From contig JABJPZ010000240.1 of assembly GCA_018663635.1 (NCBI GenBank), forward strand, positions 1-59,022: a stretch of 59,022 nt of DNA, written 5' to 3'. Of the stretch, positions 1 to 10,800 are shown one piece after another. Below the pieces are notes generated by a model. That model was not told where the DNA came from. It did no database searches and worked only from the letters and a program-made list of their open reading frames with translations. The translations under genes and the position numbers were made by a program. The stretch comes from Crocinitomicaceae bacterium. Lineage in GTDB: Bacteria > Bacteroidota > Bacteroidia > Flavobacteriales_D > Parvicellaceae. Within the stretch, counting starts at the first letter, position 1. Each line of letters opens with the position of its first letter.

Positions 1-369
1 ATCTCCGGAACAATCGAATCCAGGCGTCAGCTTGAATATGTCCGTATTATCTGCAACAATTTTATTACCGGCTCGATCAAGAAAAGAAAATTTCAGACCT
101 AATTTGTTACCGAACATTTTTTGCGCAGGCTCAATAATTATCTTGTCAAACACTAAAAAAGACTCACTTTTATGATAAAATTCGTCCTTCTCACCAATGT
201 CATACTGGTAATTAAGACCAGGAGAAAAAGCATCAATAACAATTTTGTTCTCAGGATATTCTGCAAAAAGACGTTCTAAATTGTCGTTTCTAGTATCATG
301 AGCAAAGAAACTTGAATAAAGAAGACTAAATACGATTAAACTAAGTGCATTTCGAGTTATAGTAAGCAT
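1..369 (-). CDS. hypothetical secreted protein, N-terminal part only (3' end lies beyond the left window edge)
   Basis: Open minus-strand frame from ATG (369-367) to position 1. My own translation is MLTITRNALSLIVFSLLYSSFFAHDTRNDNLERLFAEYPENKI..., with a signal-peptide-like N-terminus. No family recognised. Confidence 0.5.
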   Translation of the reverse strand, partial: MLTITRNALSLIVFSLLYSSFFAHDTRNDNLERLFAEYPENKIVIDAFSPGLNYQYDIGEKDEFYHKSESFLVFDKIIIEPAQKMFGNKLGLKFSFLDRAGNKIVADNTDIFKLTPGFDCSGD

Positions 370-575
370 TGTATATATAATAAGTAGTAAAAAGGTAAAA
401 TTATTTTGTTATTTCAAAGCTACTTCTTTAAAGTTCTACAAACCAATGAATTACAGTATTTTATACTAATTGAATCAAATTATCGATGAATCATTAGCCA
501 TTTATGACCAGAACTCTAATATTAAGGAGAACAAAATCTTATAATGTACTTTAATTTAAGCACTTAGTGCCATAA

Positions 576-613
576 ACAAAAAAGCCCAAAGAAACTTTGC
601 AGTTACTTTGGGC
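576..613 (-). terminator. rho-independent terminator downstream of htpG
   Basis: On the minus strand, GCCCAAAG (613-606) pairs with CTTTGGGC (591-584) and is followed by TTTTTTG. It lies 23 nt after the htpG stop. Confidence 0.7.
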
Positions 614-635
614 CTCATTCTAATTTATTGCAAAT

Positions 636-2534
636 CTATTTTTCTGGTGATAGTAAACCAACACTGCGTTTAATGAACGCAGTAAGTTCTTCCCCTTTTA
701 GCATCCCTTGGGCCAAAAGTGCTAAATCTGTGGCTTGTTTAGCTAAATTCTTTTGCGCCTTTTTACTCTTTTCTCCAAGAATCTGAGAAGTTAAAGGATG
801 ATTGGCATTTACTACCAGATTGAACATTTCAGGCATATTGCCCATAAAGTTCATTCCGCCACCTCCCATGGCTTGTTGTTCCTTCATTCGTCGCATAAAT
901 TCACTTTGCGTAATCATCATAGGAACATCAGTTTCACTCATGCTTTCAAACTGCACTACAAATTTATCTTTACTAACCAGGCCTTCAAAAACAGGTTTAA
1001 GTTTTTCTTCATCTTCTTTTGTCAATTTCGATGGTTGCTCTTCCTCTTTTTGAATTAACTTATCAATAGTATCGGCATCTACCCGAGCAAAAGTTGTTTT
1101 GTCTAACTTTTGCTCCAACATAGAAATTACGTGTACATCTAACGGACTATCCATCACCGCAACAGTATAACCTCTTTCTTTAGCAGTGGCAATAAATGCA
1201 TGCTGCTCATCTACGTCAGTGGCATACAAAATAACCAGTTTATCATCCTTATCCGTTTGAGCCGCACTGATTTTTTCTTTAAATTCTTCCGTTGTGAAAT
1301 AATCTCCATCAGTGGTTTTAAACAAGTTAAATTTCTGTGCTTTATCATAAAATTTATCCTCACTCAACATCCCATATTGTATGAAAACCTTGATGTCATC
1401 CCATTTATTTTGAAAATCATCACGATCATCTTTAAACATCGCGCTTAGTTTGTCAGCCACTTTCTTGGTGATGTGATTAGAAATCTTCTTCACATTGCTG
1501 TCACTCTGCAGGTAAGATCTTGAAACATTTAATGGAATGTCCGGAGAATCAATGACACCATGTAATAGAGTTAAAAAATCAGGTACAATATTTTCAACTG
1601 AATCCGTAATAAAGACTTGATTCGAATACAATTGAATCTTATTTTTTTGTACTTCAACGTTGTTCTTCAGCCGTGGAAAATACAATACACCCGTCAGATT
1701 AAATGGGTAATCGACATTCAAATGAATATTAAATAAGGGTTCTTCCGTAAATGGATACAATTCATTGTAAAAATCCTTATAGTCTTCATCGCTTAAATCA
1801 GATGGTTTCTTTACCCAAGTTGGAGCAGTATTGTTAATCTGGTCTGGAACCTTTTCTTCCACCTTTTTAACATTTCCTTCTTCGTCTTTTTCTCCTTCCG
1901 GATCTTCAATCCAATTTGATCTTTCGCCAAAAATGATTGGGTGAGGTAAAAACTTACAGTATTTCTTTAATATACCACTGATTCGAGCATCTTCAAGAAA
2001 TTCAACAGAATCTTCTGCAATGTGCAATACGATGTCCGTTCCTCTCTCTTCCTTTTCAATCTCTTCTATCGTAAATTCAGGAGTGCCATTTGACTCCCAT
2101 TTTACTGCTTTGGCATCTTTTTGATATGATTTAGTGATGATGTTTACTTTGTCTGAAACCATAAAGGAGGAATAAAATCCTAATCCGAAATGACCAATGA
2201 TCGCTTCCGCTTTATCTTTGTATTTTTCAACAAATTCTTCCGCTCCTGAAAACGCAATTTGATTGATGTACTTATCAACCTCATCCGCTGTCATTCCGAT
2301 ACCTCTATCTCTTATGGTAAGTGTTTTTGCCTCTTTATCAAGTAATACTTCCACCTGAAGATTTCCAAGATCTCCTTTGTATTCACCTAAAGACGAAAGT
2401 GTTTTTATCTTCTGTGTTGCGTCAACCGCATTCGACACCAATTCTCGAACAAAAATTTCTGTATCTGAATACAAGAATTTTTTAATAATCGGAAAAATGT
2501 TCTCAGTCTGAACGTTTATCTGACCTGTTTGCAT
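636..2534 (-). CDS. htpG: molecular chaperone HtpG (Hsp90 family)
   Basis: 632 aa. The N-terminal GHKL ATPase signature (FLYSDTEIFVRELVSNAVDA, GHFGLGFYS) and the overall length are typical of bacterial Hsp90. Confidence 0.95.
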   Translation of the reverse strand: MQTGQINVQTENIFPIIKKFLYSDTEIFVRELVSNAVDATQKIKTLSSLGEYKGDLGNLQVEVLLDKEAKTLTIRDRGIGMTADEVDKYINQIAFSGAEEFVEKYKDKAEAIIGHFGLGFYSSFMVSDKVNIITKSYQKDAKAVKWESNGTPEFTIEEIEKEERGTDIVLHIAEDSVEFLEDARISGILKKYCKFLPHPIIFGERSNWIEDPEGEKDEEGNVKKVEEKVPDQINNTAPTWVKKPSDLSDEDYKDFYNELYPFTEEPLFNIHLNVDYPFNLTGVLYFPRLKNNVEVQKNKIQLYSNQVFITDSVENIVPDFLTLLHGVIDSPDIPLNVSRSYLQSDSNVKKISNHITKKVADKLSAMFKDDRDDFQNKWDDIKVFIQYGMLSEDKFYDKAQKFNLFKTTDGDYFTTEEFKEKISAAQTDKDDKLVILYATDVDEQHAFIATAKERGYTVAVMDSPLDVHVISMLEQKLDKTTFARVDADTIDKLIQKEEEQPSKLTKEDEEKLKPVFEGLVSKDKFVVQFESMSETDVPMMITQSEFMRRMKEQQAMGGGGMNFMGNMPEMFNLVVNANHPLTSQILGEKSKKAQKNLAKQATDLALLAQGMLKGEELTAFIKRSVGLLSPEK

Positions 2535-2724
2535 GATTATAGTAATTTATGTTAGTTATAATTTCTTCGAATTATTTCTTGCTACTCAAAGCATGTGCCA
2601 AGGGCAATATTGTGACAAAATGTCGAAAACATCGTAAATCATGACACAGCACACAATGAGTACAAGATAAATTGCTGACGAAAGGACAGTGAAGTCTAGC
2701 GCTTAGCGCTTACATAAACAGTTA

Positions 2725-3453
2725 TTAAAAAGTTTTCTTTTTCCACACAAAATCACTCGGAAACAGTCTAAAAACGAAGGCGCTAAAAACAGTTATTGCA
2801 CAAAAGGCAATACTCATAAAGAAAAAGAAAGCAATTCGATAGTAATCAAAATAATCAACCAGAGCTCTACTCGACCTCATAATAACAGCCCCAGGCGTTA
2901 CAAGTGCCACGATAAATGCAATCATTAATGCAAAACAAACCATGTGCTTAAAAGATCTTAAGGGAAAAAACAACACTTTTTTATACCACGCCAAATCATT
3001 GCCCCATTGGTGAAGCAGATAATACTTTCCATTTAGAAGGGGCGTAAACAAAAGAGGATCTGCATTTTCATCTTCTAACTCAAATCGGCGTGCTGGCGCT
3101 AATATTCTAAATTTACTCACATTAGTTCCATTTAATTTATTCAACTCTTTAATTTCCATTATGGCTGGATATGGAATTTCTCCAATGAAATATTTGGACG
3201 GCAAAAACCTTAACCTATAATTAATCGCAATTTTTTTAATCTCATTGAGGGTGTAAATTCGACTACTATCTAAAGATGATTCATCAACATCATGAAAATC
3301 ATTACCAAAACTATTCAAAGCTTTTTGAATTCTATGATCTTCATATTCTTGCTCAATGTAAATGGCTTTAGCAATTTTAACAGGGTCATACGAAGTAGCC
3401 AGTTTTCTCCGTTCTTCAATCAACTTATCCTTTATATTCCAATTTTTGAACAT
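2725..3453 (-). CDS. hypothetical membrane protein (soluble N-terminal half, 2 predicted C-terminal TM helices)
   Basis: 242-aa ORF with an ATG start. Hydrophobic stretches are MVCFALMIAFIVALVTPGAVI and IAFFFFMSIAFCAITVFSAFVF. It is co-directional with the ECF sigma/anti-sigma pair, 79 nt downstream. Confidence 0.55.
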   Translation of the reverse strand: MFKNWNIKDKLIEERRKLATSYDPVKIAKAIYIEQEYEDHRIQKALNSFGNDFHDVDESSLDSSRIYTLNEIKKIAINYRLRFLPSKYFIGEIPYPAIMEIKELNKLNGTNVSKFRILAPARRFELEDENADPLLFTPLLNGKYYLLHQWGNDLAWYKKVLFFPLRSFKHMVCFALMIAFIVALVTPGAVIMRSSRALVDYFDYYRIAFFFFMSIAFCAITVFSAFVFRLFPSDFVWKKKTF

Positions 3454-3532
3454 GATTAAATATAATCAATCGAAAATAATATTGGAAACAATTGCATTCG
3501 CTTTATGCTGAATCGTAATTTATCGACTCCTG

Positions 3533-4576
3533 CTACATCGCCGTAAATAAAAGCTCAATGAGTTCTTTATCTGCTTTAAGAGACCGAGACCTAACAGAAG
3601 ACTTTCGTTCTTTGTTTGAATTACTAAGACTTACACTTTCCGATAATATTACATCCTCTGAAATTGCTGGGGATATTGACGCACCTGATAAATTTGAATT
3701 TTCGAACGCTTTTTCAAGATTTTCATTCGCACCTATTGTCAAACCTACTCGATCATCATTAGCTTCATTGTCTGTGCTTATTTGACCCCCAAATGAATTC
3801 CGTTCTTCAGCATCGTCCATAACGGATGCTTCTTTTTTATTGTCTGGATTAGCTAATTCCCCTTTCAGTGACGGGCTACGCTTCTTGTAAACGATAGGCA
3901 CTTCATCTTTCAAAATAATTCCATCCAAGATCTCTCCTGATGTTTCAAACACATGCACGTTTTCTTCTTCAGAATCAGCTAATTCATCACTTATAACAGA
4001 ATTTAAATGTTGCTGATTTAAATCACTAGTACTCCTAAATGTCGCTATTGAATCCTGAACTGTCCAAAGATTATTTTCGTTAGACATCAATTCTTCCTTA
4101 CTTTTTTCTAAAATAGCTTCAGCAGGTTCTAACGAGGGTTCTTTTTCCTCCAAATCAATTTCTTGAAGCGCTAAATTTGACTGCTCTTGATTTAATTCTT
4201 TCCAGGGAATCACAACAATAATTAGCACTAATACAGATATGGTAAACGCCATTTGAATTCCTGGTTTAGCAGTAAATCTTTTTTCTCTCGGGAACAAGGT
4301 TCCAACAAAATTAGGCCACCAGGTTAGTCGTCTTGAACCTCCACGTTCAAATTCAGACATTAACTTATTTTTGATAGAAAAAGGTGGCACAATATCTACT
4401 TTATTTGGAGCAACTTCAGCAATATTAATCAAGGTCCTTCTCATGAGCATGTACTCCTCTTTCGATTCAATCATTTCAGAAACAAATGCCATCTGCTCGG
4501 TATCGAGATCTTCGTAATCACAATTCAACAAAATAAACTCTATGTCCTCAGGTTGATATTTAGAATCTTGATTCAT
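3533..4576 (-). CDS. putative anti-sigma factor (single-pass membrane protein following the ECF sigma gene)
   Basis: Its ATG lies 1 nt after the sigma stop codon. There is a short cytoplasmic N-domain, one TM helix (IQMAFTISVLVLIIVVIPW), and an acidic/Ser-rich low-complexity outer part. The call rests on position and topology. No zf-HC2 motif is present. Confidence 0.5.
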   Translation of the reverse strand: MNQDSKYQPEDIEFILLNCDYEDLDTEQMAFVSEMIESKEEYMLMRRTLINIAEVAPNKVDIVPPFSIKNKLMSEFERGGSRRLTWWPNFVGTLFPREKRFTAKPGIQMAFTISVLVLIIVVIPWKELNQEQSNLALQEIDLEEKEPSLEPAEAILEKSKEELMSNENNLWTVQDSIATFRSTSDLNQQHLNSVISDELADSEEENVHVFETSGEILDGIILKDEVPIVYKKRSPSLKGELANPDNKKEASVMDDAEERNSFGGQISTDNEANDDRVGLTIGANENLEKAFENSNLSGASISPAISEDVILSESVSLSNSNKERKSSVRSRSLKADKELIELLFTAM

Positions 4577-4577
4577 A

Positions 4578-5216
4578 TTAAAAGTTTAATGTTTGAATGA
4601 TTATTTCAGACACGGTTAGAAATCCCAATGCAATCAATTTTGGATTATAAGCTTGGAGCTTTCCTGATAAATTTTTAATCGTATAAAACAACCTGGATTT
4701 AACCGTTCCCTCAGAACATTCGAGAATATCCGCGATTTCTTTGATACTTAATTCTTCTCTAAACCTCAACTCGAAAACGAGTTTATGATTTTCGCTCAAT
4801 TCCATTAGCTCATTATCCAATTTCTCCCTAAATAATTCCATATCTGTAAGCTTATCCGACAAAACTCCTCGATCCATTATGTCTTCCCGGTCTGCTAATC
4901 CACTACTTGTATTTTTTCGCACCTCCATTCGTCGATATTCATTTTTACACATATTATTCGCGATACTATACATCCAAGTTTTAAATCTTCTATCTGGGTT
5001 GTAGAGGTGCGGCTTATGTATCAATTTTGTAAAGAGTTCCTGCATAAAATCTTCTGCTCTTTCTCTATCTCTCCATAGCATCCGATAGAAATAATTGATT
5101 AAAGGCGTAGAATAGCGGTCATATATCTCACTAAAAGCCGCACTATCTCCATCCGACACTTTTACCATTAAAAGTTCGTCATCTAATTCTATATAGTTTG
5201 CTCGCGTAGTACTCAT
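4578..5216 (-). CDS. RNA polymerase ECF-type sigma-70 family factor
   Basis: Region 2 reads AFSEIYDRYSTPLINYFYRML...AEDFMQELFTKL. The region 4 HTH reads LSIKEIADILECSEGTVKSRLFYTIKNL. 212 aa. Confidence 0.9.
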   Translation of the reverse strand: MSTTRANYIELDDELLMVKVSDGDSAAFSEIYDRYSTPLINYFYRMLWRDRERAEDFMQELFTKLIHKPHLYNPDRRFKTWMYSIANNMCKNEYRRMEVRKNTSSGLADREDIMDRGVLSDKLTDMELFREKLDNELMELSENHKLVFELRFREELSIKEIADILECSEGTVKSRLFYTIKNLSGKLQAYNPKLIALGFLTVSEIIIQTLNF

Positions 5217-5231
5217 TCAGGGATAGTTCAG

Positions 5232-6365
5232 CTACTCCCGTTTATCTAAATATTGCTTTATTACTTTTTCTTTCCCTCCCTCTTTAGCCAGGTTTATCGC
5301 TAAATTATTGCACAAAACAGCCTGCTTTTCGTTCCCCTGGGAATTATAAGTTTCTGAGAGTAAAAGCAAAGGGAGCATATAATTCATGTTCATTTTTCGA
5401 ACGGTTGAATTAGTATGTTCCTTATTTAAAGACAGCGTATTAAATTTATTTTCCCAATTTCCTTGGAGAATAGGTATGTTCTCTATGGTGCTTCGGCTGT
5501 ATTTGAGCGCAAGTCCTGTTAAGTACAATTCAGCTTTGATTTCTTTGATTAAAGCAGGACTTACTGTTAGCCCAAAATAAATGGGTTTTTGAGGATTGTT
5601 TTTAGCAATGGACTTCATATAAGCTTTTCGATCTGCATTGTAATTTAATTCCTCTGTGATACCTAGTTCCAACATTTTCTTTTTTCGATACGAATCGTCG
5701 CCGAGCAGGTCTGTATTCAAAATCGTAATATCTGTTCTTATCTTGTTTTGCTGGTGAATCCAAATTGGGTAGGTATCGTCTGATCCATTAACGAACAATA
5801 TTCCGTTCTCTTCGATAGACATGAGTACATTGTAGTTATAAGCTAAAACTCCTTCCGAAACTATCCCTGATTTATTCAACAAATGACAGAATTCAGATTT
5901 CTTGGATTTATTCCCGACCAATTCAAAGTGAGCAATATAATCGTCATAATAAATCGATTTATCGTCGGCTACCTGGTATGCTTTGTCTAATTCTGAAATT
6001 TCAGAAGTAGCGTAATTACTATTAACATAATTCGCATAGTGGTATTCTTCTGATAGTGGAACTTCCTTCGCCATTTTAACAAGAATCGTATTCATTTTCT
6101 CTTGTCCGGATTTAGAAATCAATTTTGTTTCAACATCCATTCCGGATTGGCGAGCTTTCGTAAAGTCTGCATGAAAAGATTTAGCTCGTAAACGCTGTGA
6201 TTCCTGGCTGTATAGCTTATCATCACTTTTTAAATTTGACTTATTCGATTCCGAAAGATTATTCAACTTCGATTTTTTAAGCAGATCTTTTTCAGTCTGA
6301 GCAAAAGGCTGAAAGGCCGAGCCTAGAATTAATAATACGGCCAATAAATACCACTTTAATCTCAT
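5232..6365 (-). CDS. hypothetical exported protein, first gene of the ECF sigma operon
   Basis: The ORF track extends to 6467 (TTG). The internal ATG at 6365 gives a clean signal peptide, MRLKWYLLAVLLILGSAFQPFAQ. An internal stretch, GILFVNGSDDTYPIWIHQQNKIRTDITILNTDLL, resembles the periplasmic part of DUF2723-type proteins, from memory only. Confidence 0.55.
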   Translation of the reverse strand: MRLKWYLLAVLLILGSAFQPFAQTEKDLLKKSKLNNLSESNKSNLKSDDKLYSQESQRLRAKSFHADFTKARQSGMDVETKLISKSGQEKMNTILVKMAKEVPLSEEYHYANYVNSNYATSEISELDKAYQVADDKSIYYDDYIAHFELVGNKSKKSEFCHLLNKSGIVSEGVLAYNYNVLMSIEENGILFVNGSDDTYPIWIHQQNKIRTDITILNTDLLGDDSYRKKKMLELGITEELNYNADRKAYMKSIAKNNPQKPIYFGLTVSPALIKEIKAELYLTGLALKYSRSTIENIPILQGNWENKFNTLSLNKEHTNSTVRKMNMNYMLPLLLLSETYNSQGNEKQAVLCNNLAINLAKEGGKEKVIKQYLDKRE

Positions 6366-6595
6366 TGCAAATTTGTTTTCAGGATAATGTACACGCATTT
6401 TATTAATTCGTTCAATCGTTTTTTGGGTAACAGCAGGTTTAAAGATACCCAAACTGTAATATTTCAAAACAATTCAGATTCAACAGTTAACGATTAACAC
6501 CACCAAACACCTATTCTAATTATTATTACCGTTGTAAGTTTTTCTTTAATACTTTACCTTCGAACTTTACAAAATCATTTAAGACCTTTCTAAAT

Positions 6596-7843
6596 ATGAA
6601 TCTATTAATTACAAATATCAAAGAGCTGGTTCAAGTAGAAATTAACCCTGTTTCTAGACGAAATGGCACAGAAATGAATCAACTAAATACGGTTCAGAAT
6701 GCTTATTTGGAAATTAGGGATGGAGCAATCGCATCCTTTGGGAAAATGAAAGATGCACCTAACGCTACCAGCTGGTCGGGTTCTGATGTAATCGATGCTA
6801 CTGGTAAAATGGTTTTTCCATCGTGGTGTGATTCGCACAGTCACCTCGTATTTGCCGCAAGTCGAGAGGGTGAATTTGTAGACAGAATTAAGGGATTAAC
6901 CTATGAAGACATCGCTCTTAGAGGAGGCGGTATATTAAATTCTGCTCGAAAGCTTGAGCAAATGGATGAAGAATCACTTTATGAATCCGCACAAAGTCGA
7001 TTAAAAGAAGTGATGGCTCTAGGAACCGGAGCTATTGAAATTAAAAGTGGATATGGTCTTTCTGTATCGGCAGAACTAAAAATGCTTAGAGTAATTAAAA
7101 AACTAAAAGACAATTCTCCAGTAACTATTAAAGCCACTTTTCTGGGTGCTCATGCCATACCTGAAGAGTTCAAGAATAATCGCAAAGAATACATTGACCT
7201 GATTATAAACGAAATGTTACCTGCTATTCAGAAAGAAAATTTGGCCGATTACATTGATGTTTTTTGTGAAAAGAACTACTATACTCCCGATGAAACTAAT
7301 TTGATTTTAAGTGAAGGGAAAAAAATTGGTCTAATCCCAAAAATTCATGTGAATCAATTCAATGCCATAGGTGGAGTTCAAGTCGGTGTTGAGCACAACG
7401 CACTTTCTGTTGATCACCTCGAGGTAATGAGGCCTGAAGATATTGCCATTTTAAAAGGTACAGACACGATGCCTACAGCGCTTCCCTCCTGTTCTTTTTT
7501 CTTGGGTATACCCTATGCTCCAGCAAAAGAAATTATTGAAGCAGGACTTCCATTGGCACTAGCCTCCGATTACAATCCAGGCTCTACACCTTCTGGAAAT
7601 ATGAATTTCGTAGTTTCTCTAGGCTGTATAAAAATGGGACTATCGCCAGAACAAGCCATTAATGCTGCCACCATTAACACTGCTTATGCCATGGAATTAA
7701 GTGAAGAAATGGGGTCAATTGCAATAGGAAAAAAAGGCAATGTATTTATTACAAAAAACATACCTTCATATTCTTTTTTACCCTATTCCTTTGGTCAAAA
7801 CGTTATTGAAACCACGATTTTAAACGGAAAGGTAGTAACCTAA
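6596..7843 (+). CDS. hutI: imidazolonepropionase (amidohydrolase superfamily)
   Basis: 415 aa. The metal-binding HSH motif (WCDSHSHLVFA), GGGILNSARKL and ASDYNPGS are typical of HutI. Confidence 0.88.
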   Translation: MNLLITNIKELVQVEINPVSRRNGTEMNQLNTVQNAYLEIRDGAIASFGKMKDAPNATSWSGSDVIDATGKMVFPSWCDSHSHLVFAASREGEFVDRIKGLTYEDIALRGGGILNSARKLEQMDEESLYESAQSRLKEVMALGTGAIEIKSGYGLSVSAELKMLRVIKKLKDNSPVTIKATFLGAHAIPEEFKNNRKEYIDLIINEMLPAIQKENLADYIDVFCEKNYYTPDETNLILSEGKKIGLIPKIHVNQFNAIGGVQVGVEHNALSVDHLEVMRPEDIAILKGTDTMPTALPSCSFFLGIPYAPAKEIIEAGLPLALASDYNPGSTPSGNMNFVVSLGCIKMGLSPEQAINAATINTAYAMELSEEMGSIAIGKKGNVFITKNIPSYSFLPYSFGQNVIETTILNGKVVT

Positions 7844-10800
7844 AAAGGTGAGCCCAGTTTATAATCCGGATCACGCCTTCTACCCACTCCTTTGTAGTGT
7901 AAAACATCCGAACTTTCTGGACGAAACAAGTTTCCTAGCTTCTGTTTTAATTCCCACCAATTTTCAAAATTCTCTTTGTAATAAATCCCTACGCCTTGAG
8001 TAGAACTTTGCGTATTGTTAATAAAATCATACTTATTGGCTGCATTGAAAGCCCTTACTCGCAGATTCCCATTGTCATTTAATTTATATTCAACATTTAC
8101 ATCGCCGACCAATCTACTTTCTTGGCTTTCGGCATTTTCGCCTTTTACAACGCCAAAGTTTCCAGAAATTTCTAGCCGATCGTTTAAAAAAGCTTTAGAC
8201 ATAGCAACTGCCACCTCATCCTCACCAACCTTATCACCAAATTTGGCATTTACGCCGATCTCAATATCATCTGACAATCCATTCAACCAGTTACCAATCT
8301 GGCTACTCAACAAATCGGAGGTTGTCGCTCCTACACCAGCATTTAACGCACTGCTGCTTGCACTTGATATTGCATTTGTCCGAGGTAAAAATTTATTTAA
8401 TACCATTAATGAAAATACTTGTTTATTCAATTCTTCATCGGAGCTAATTACATTCCTTAAAACCGCTCTTGCATTATCATCTGATCGAGGTAATTCAATT
8501 TCAAACTTCAAATCCGGATTAAATAAGTTATCACTCAATTTTATAAGGCAATTGACTTCCGTATTTGTTTTGTATTGTTCACGTTCATTTACGGGCATAA
8601 TATCATACAAAGATGCTTTTGTTTGGTATGCAGCAGCTAAATTAATATCCGCATTGTAAGGGTCTCCATACCAGCTGATTGTGCCGCCTTTTCTTACCGA
8701 AAAGGGTTTCTTTATAAAATCGAACATCGTGAATAAATAGTTGCCCTCATTCACTTCATAGAATCCATACATGCCAAACTGCTCAAATTCATCAATCTCC
8801 ATATTTATATTTCCAGCACCATTCCCTGACATTACATCTCCAACAACTTCATCAAATACTATACTGATCTGTGCTTCAGGTGTTAATTCCATGTCAAAAT
8901 TCATTTTAATGCCACTGAGGTCTAATTCGGTGTCTTCTATCTCGTTTGGGTTGCTTCTATCCTTAAAGCTGATGAAACTGGGTAATACCACCTCATCTGC
9001 ACCATCTAAAGGCAATACCACATTAGTACCCTTTTCTGATCTTGCTGCAACTTGGATTTCCAATTCATTATACTTGTCATAAGAAATGGCCACATCTCCA
9101 GTAATATAAGCATCTCCATAGTACAAAGAGCTCATTTGTTTTGTAGTATTCATTACTAAAAATGGTTCTGTTAGACCCATTTGAAAGTTGTATGAATATT
9201 CCTTAAAATTAATGTGATAAAACGAACCATCCCATAAGGTTGCTGTTTTCTCAAATTTATCTTTGACTGAAATTCCGGACATGTAAAATCCATCATTTTC
9301 GATGCTAACTTTACCTGTTAGCGTATAATCTGTGTTGAGTAAGTCGATGTGTGCTCCAGCATCTTTAAGCACAACAAACCCATCAAATAAAACACTATCT
9401 GGACTGCCAGTCATGCGAATATTTCCATCCATTCTTCCGCGTACATCTGAAACCCCGTTCGGAATGAAACCATTGGCAACATCTAAATTCATATCGTTCA
9501 AATTAAACACAAAATCAAGTGGAGATAAACGATCATCTAAAAAGTACTTTCCGAGATAATCAAACTGGTAATTTCCTTCTTTAACTACATTCCCAATGAT
9601 ATCGAATCCTATTATCTTTTCTTGTAAAACTGATCGATCCATTTTATTTTTTACTGAAACATTTTGCCAATGTGGTTTAACTGTTCCCCAGACATCACCC
9701 AATAGTTTTCCATTTAGGTTACATTCATTGATGTCATATTCTAATTGAAAAACAGGATGTCCATAAAAGTCCCTTAGATTTCCGTTAGCAGATATTTGTC
9801 CATCTAAAAGCACCGTATTTCCCGTTAAAAGTGCATTCAGATTTGACAATTCAAATTGGCTAAAAACATATTCTAGTCTTTTGGTTGGATCCTCTGCGAT
9901 TACTCCATTAATATCAATAATTTGGTCACCATTAATTGCTCTAATGTTAGAAAGAAATATAGCTGTCGAATCAATTATAATTTCTGCATCTTCATTGATA
10001 TTCCAAAGCTCATCTCCTATGTAAATAATCGACGGCTCCATACTCAGATGGAATTGATCTCTGGCCATCCAGTATCCGTCCATTTCAACATTTCCCGAAC
10101 TTGAGCTGTCTACATTCTGCCAAGACAAATTGGCATCGATATTATCTTCAAACAAGCCTGTAATAAGACTAAAATCATCTAAATAGACACTGTCATTGAT
10201 GTATAATCTGTCCGATTTAATAGTGAACTCATACATACTTGAAAACTTATCAATTTCCATGTGTGCATCAATCAATTGATAGTCCTTGTATTTTAACCAC
10301 TTAGAATTAATAAACAGATTCAAATCCTGCATTCCTGTTTGATAACTTCCGTTTAGTTGCGTATTTGGAGCTACTTGCAAATCCTTTACGAACAATTCTG
10401 TGATAATGGTTAGATCTTTAACATCAACAAAAAATGAAAAATCTTCCTTATTCAAAAGGATAGCTTCATTAGATTTAAAAATGGAAGGTAAAATAGACTG
10501 AGCAAGAGAATAAAAAGCAGCCGGAAGCTCCTGAATACTAAAACTCCCATCAATAAAAAGATCTATAAAATTACTGTAAACTGAAAGTGCATGACTTCCA
10601 GAATCCAAAGTAGAAACTAAATTGATGGAGTCAAAAAAGTAATCTTTACCACGTAGATAATAAGACAGGTCTTTTGCTATAATAGAACCGTTAAAATTAT
10701 CAGCATTCGATCCTATTCCATCAACTTCTATAGTAGAACATATTATTTGGGTCTTATCTGATTTTTCAATGTTCAAATCAAAAAGATGCGCTTTTCGAAT

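Noticed and set aside
2586-2600. Sigma-54-like TGGCAC-N5-TTGA on the minus strand, 50 nt upstream of htpG
   Set aside because: The -12 element is TTGA rather than TTGC, it is a single occurrence, and no enhancer-binding protein gene is nearby. That is not enough to call a promoter. I found no TAnnTTTG box for htpG either.
8015-8659. 214-aa plus-strand ORF, and several other 60-100-aa ORFs, inside tamB
   Set aside because: They lie entirely within and antisense to the 1519-aa tamB ORF, and no motif is recognisable. The same reasoning rejects the antisense ORFs 16140-16553 (in pyrB), 16675-16983 (in pyrR), 56283-56759 and 55429-55824 (in htrA), 43184-43390 (in lolD), 58307-58528 (in gap) and the small ORFs inside htpG, dnaE, the helicase gene and the GH2 gene.
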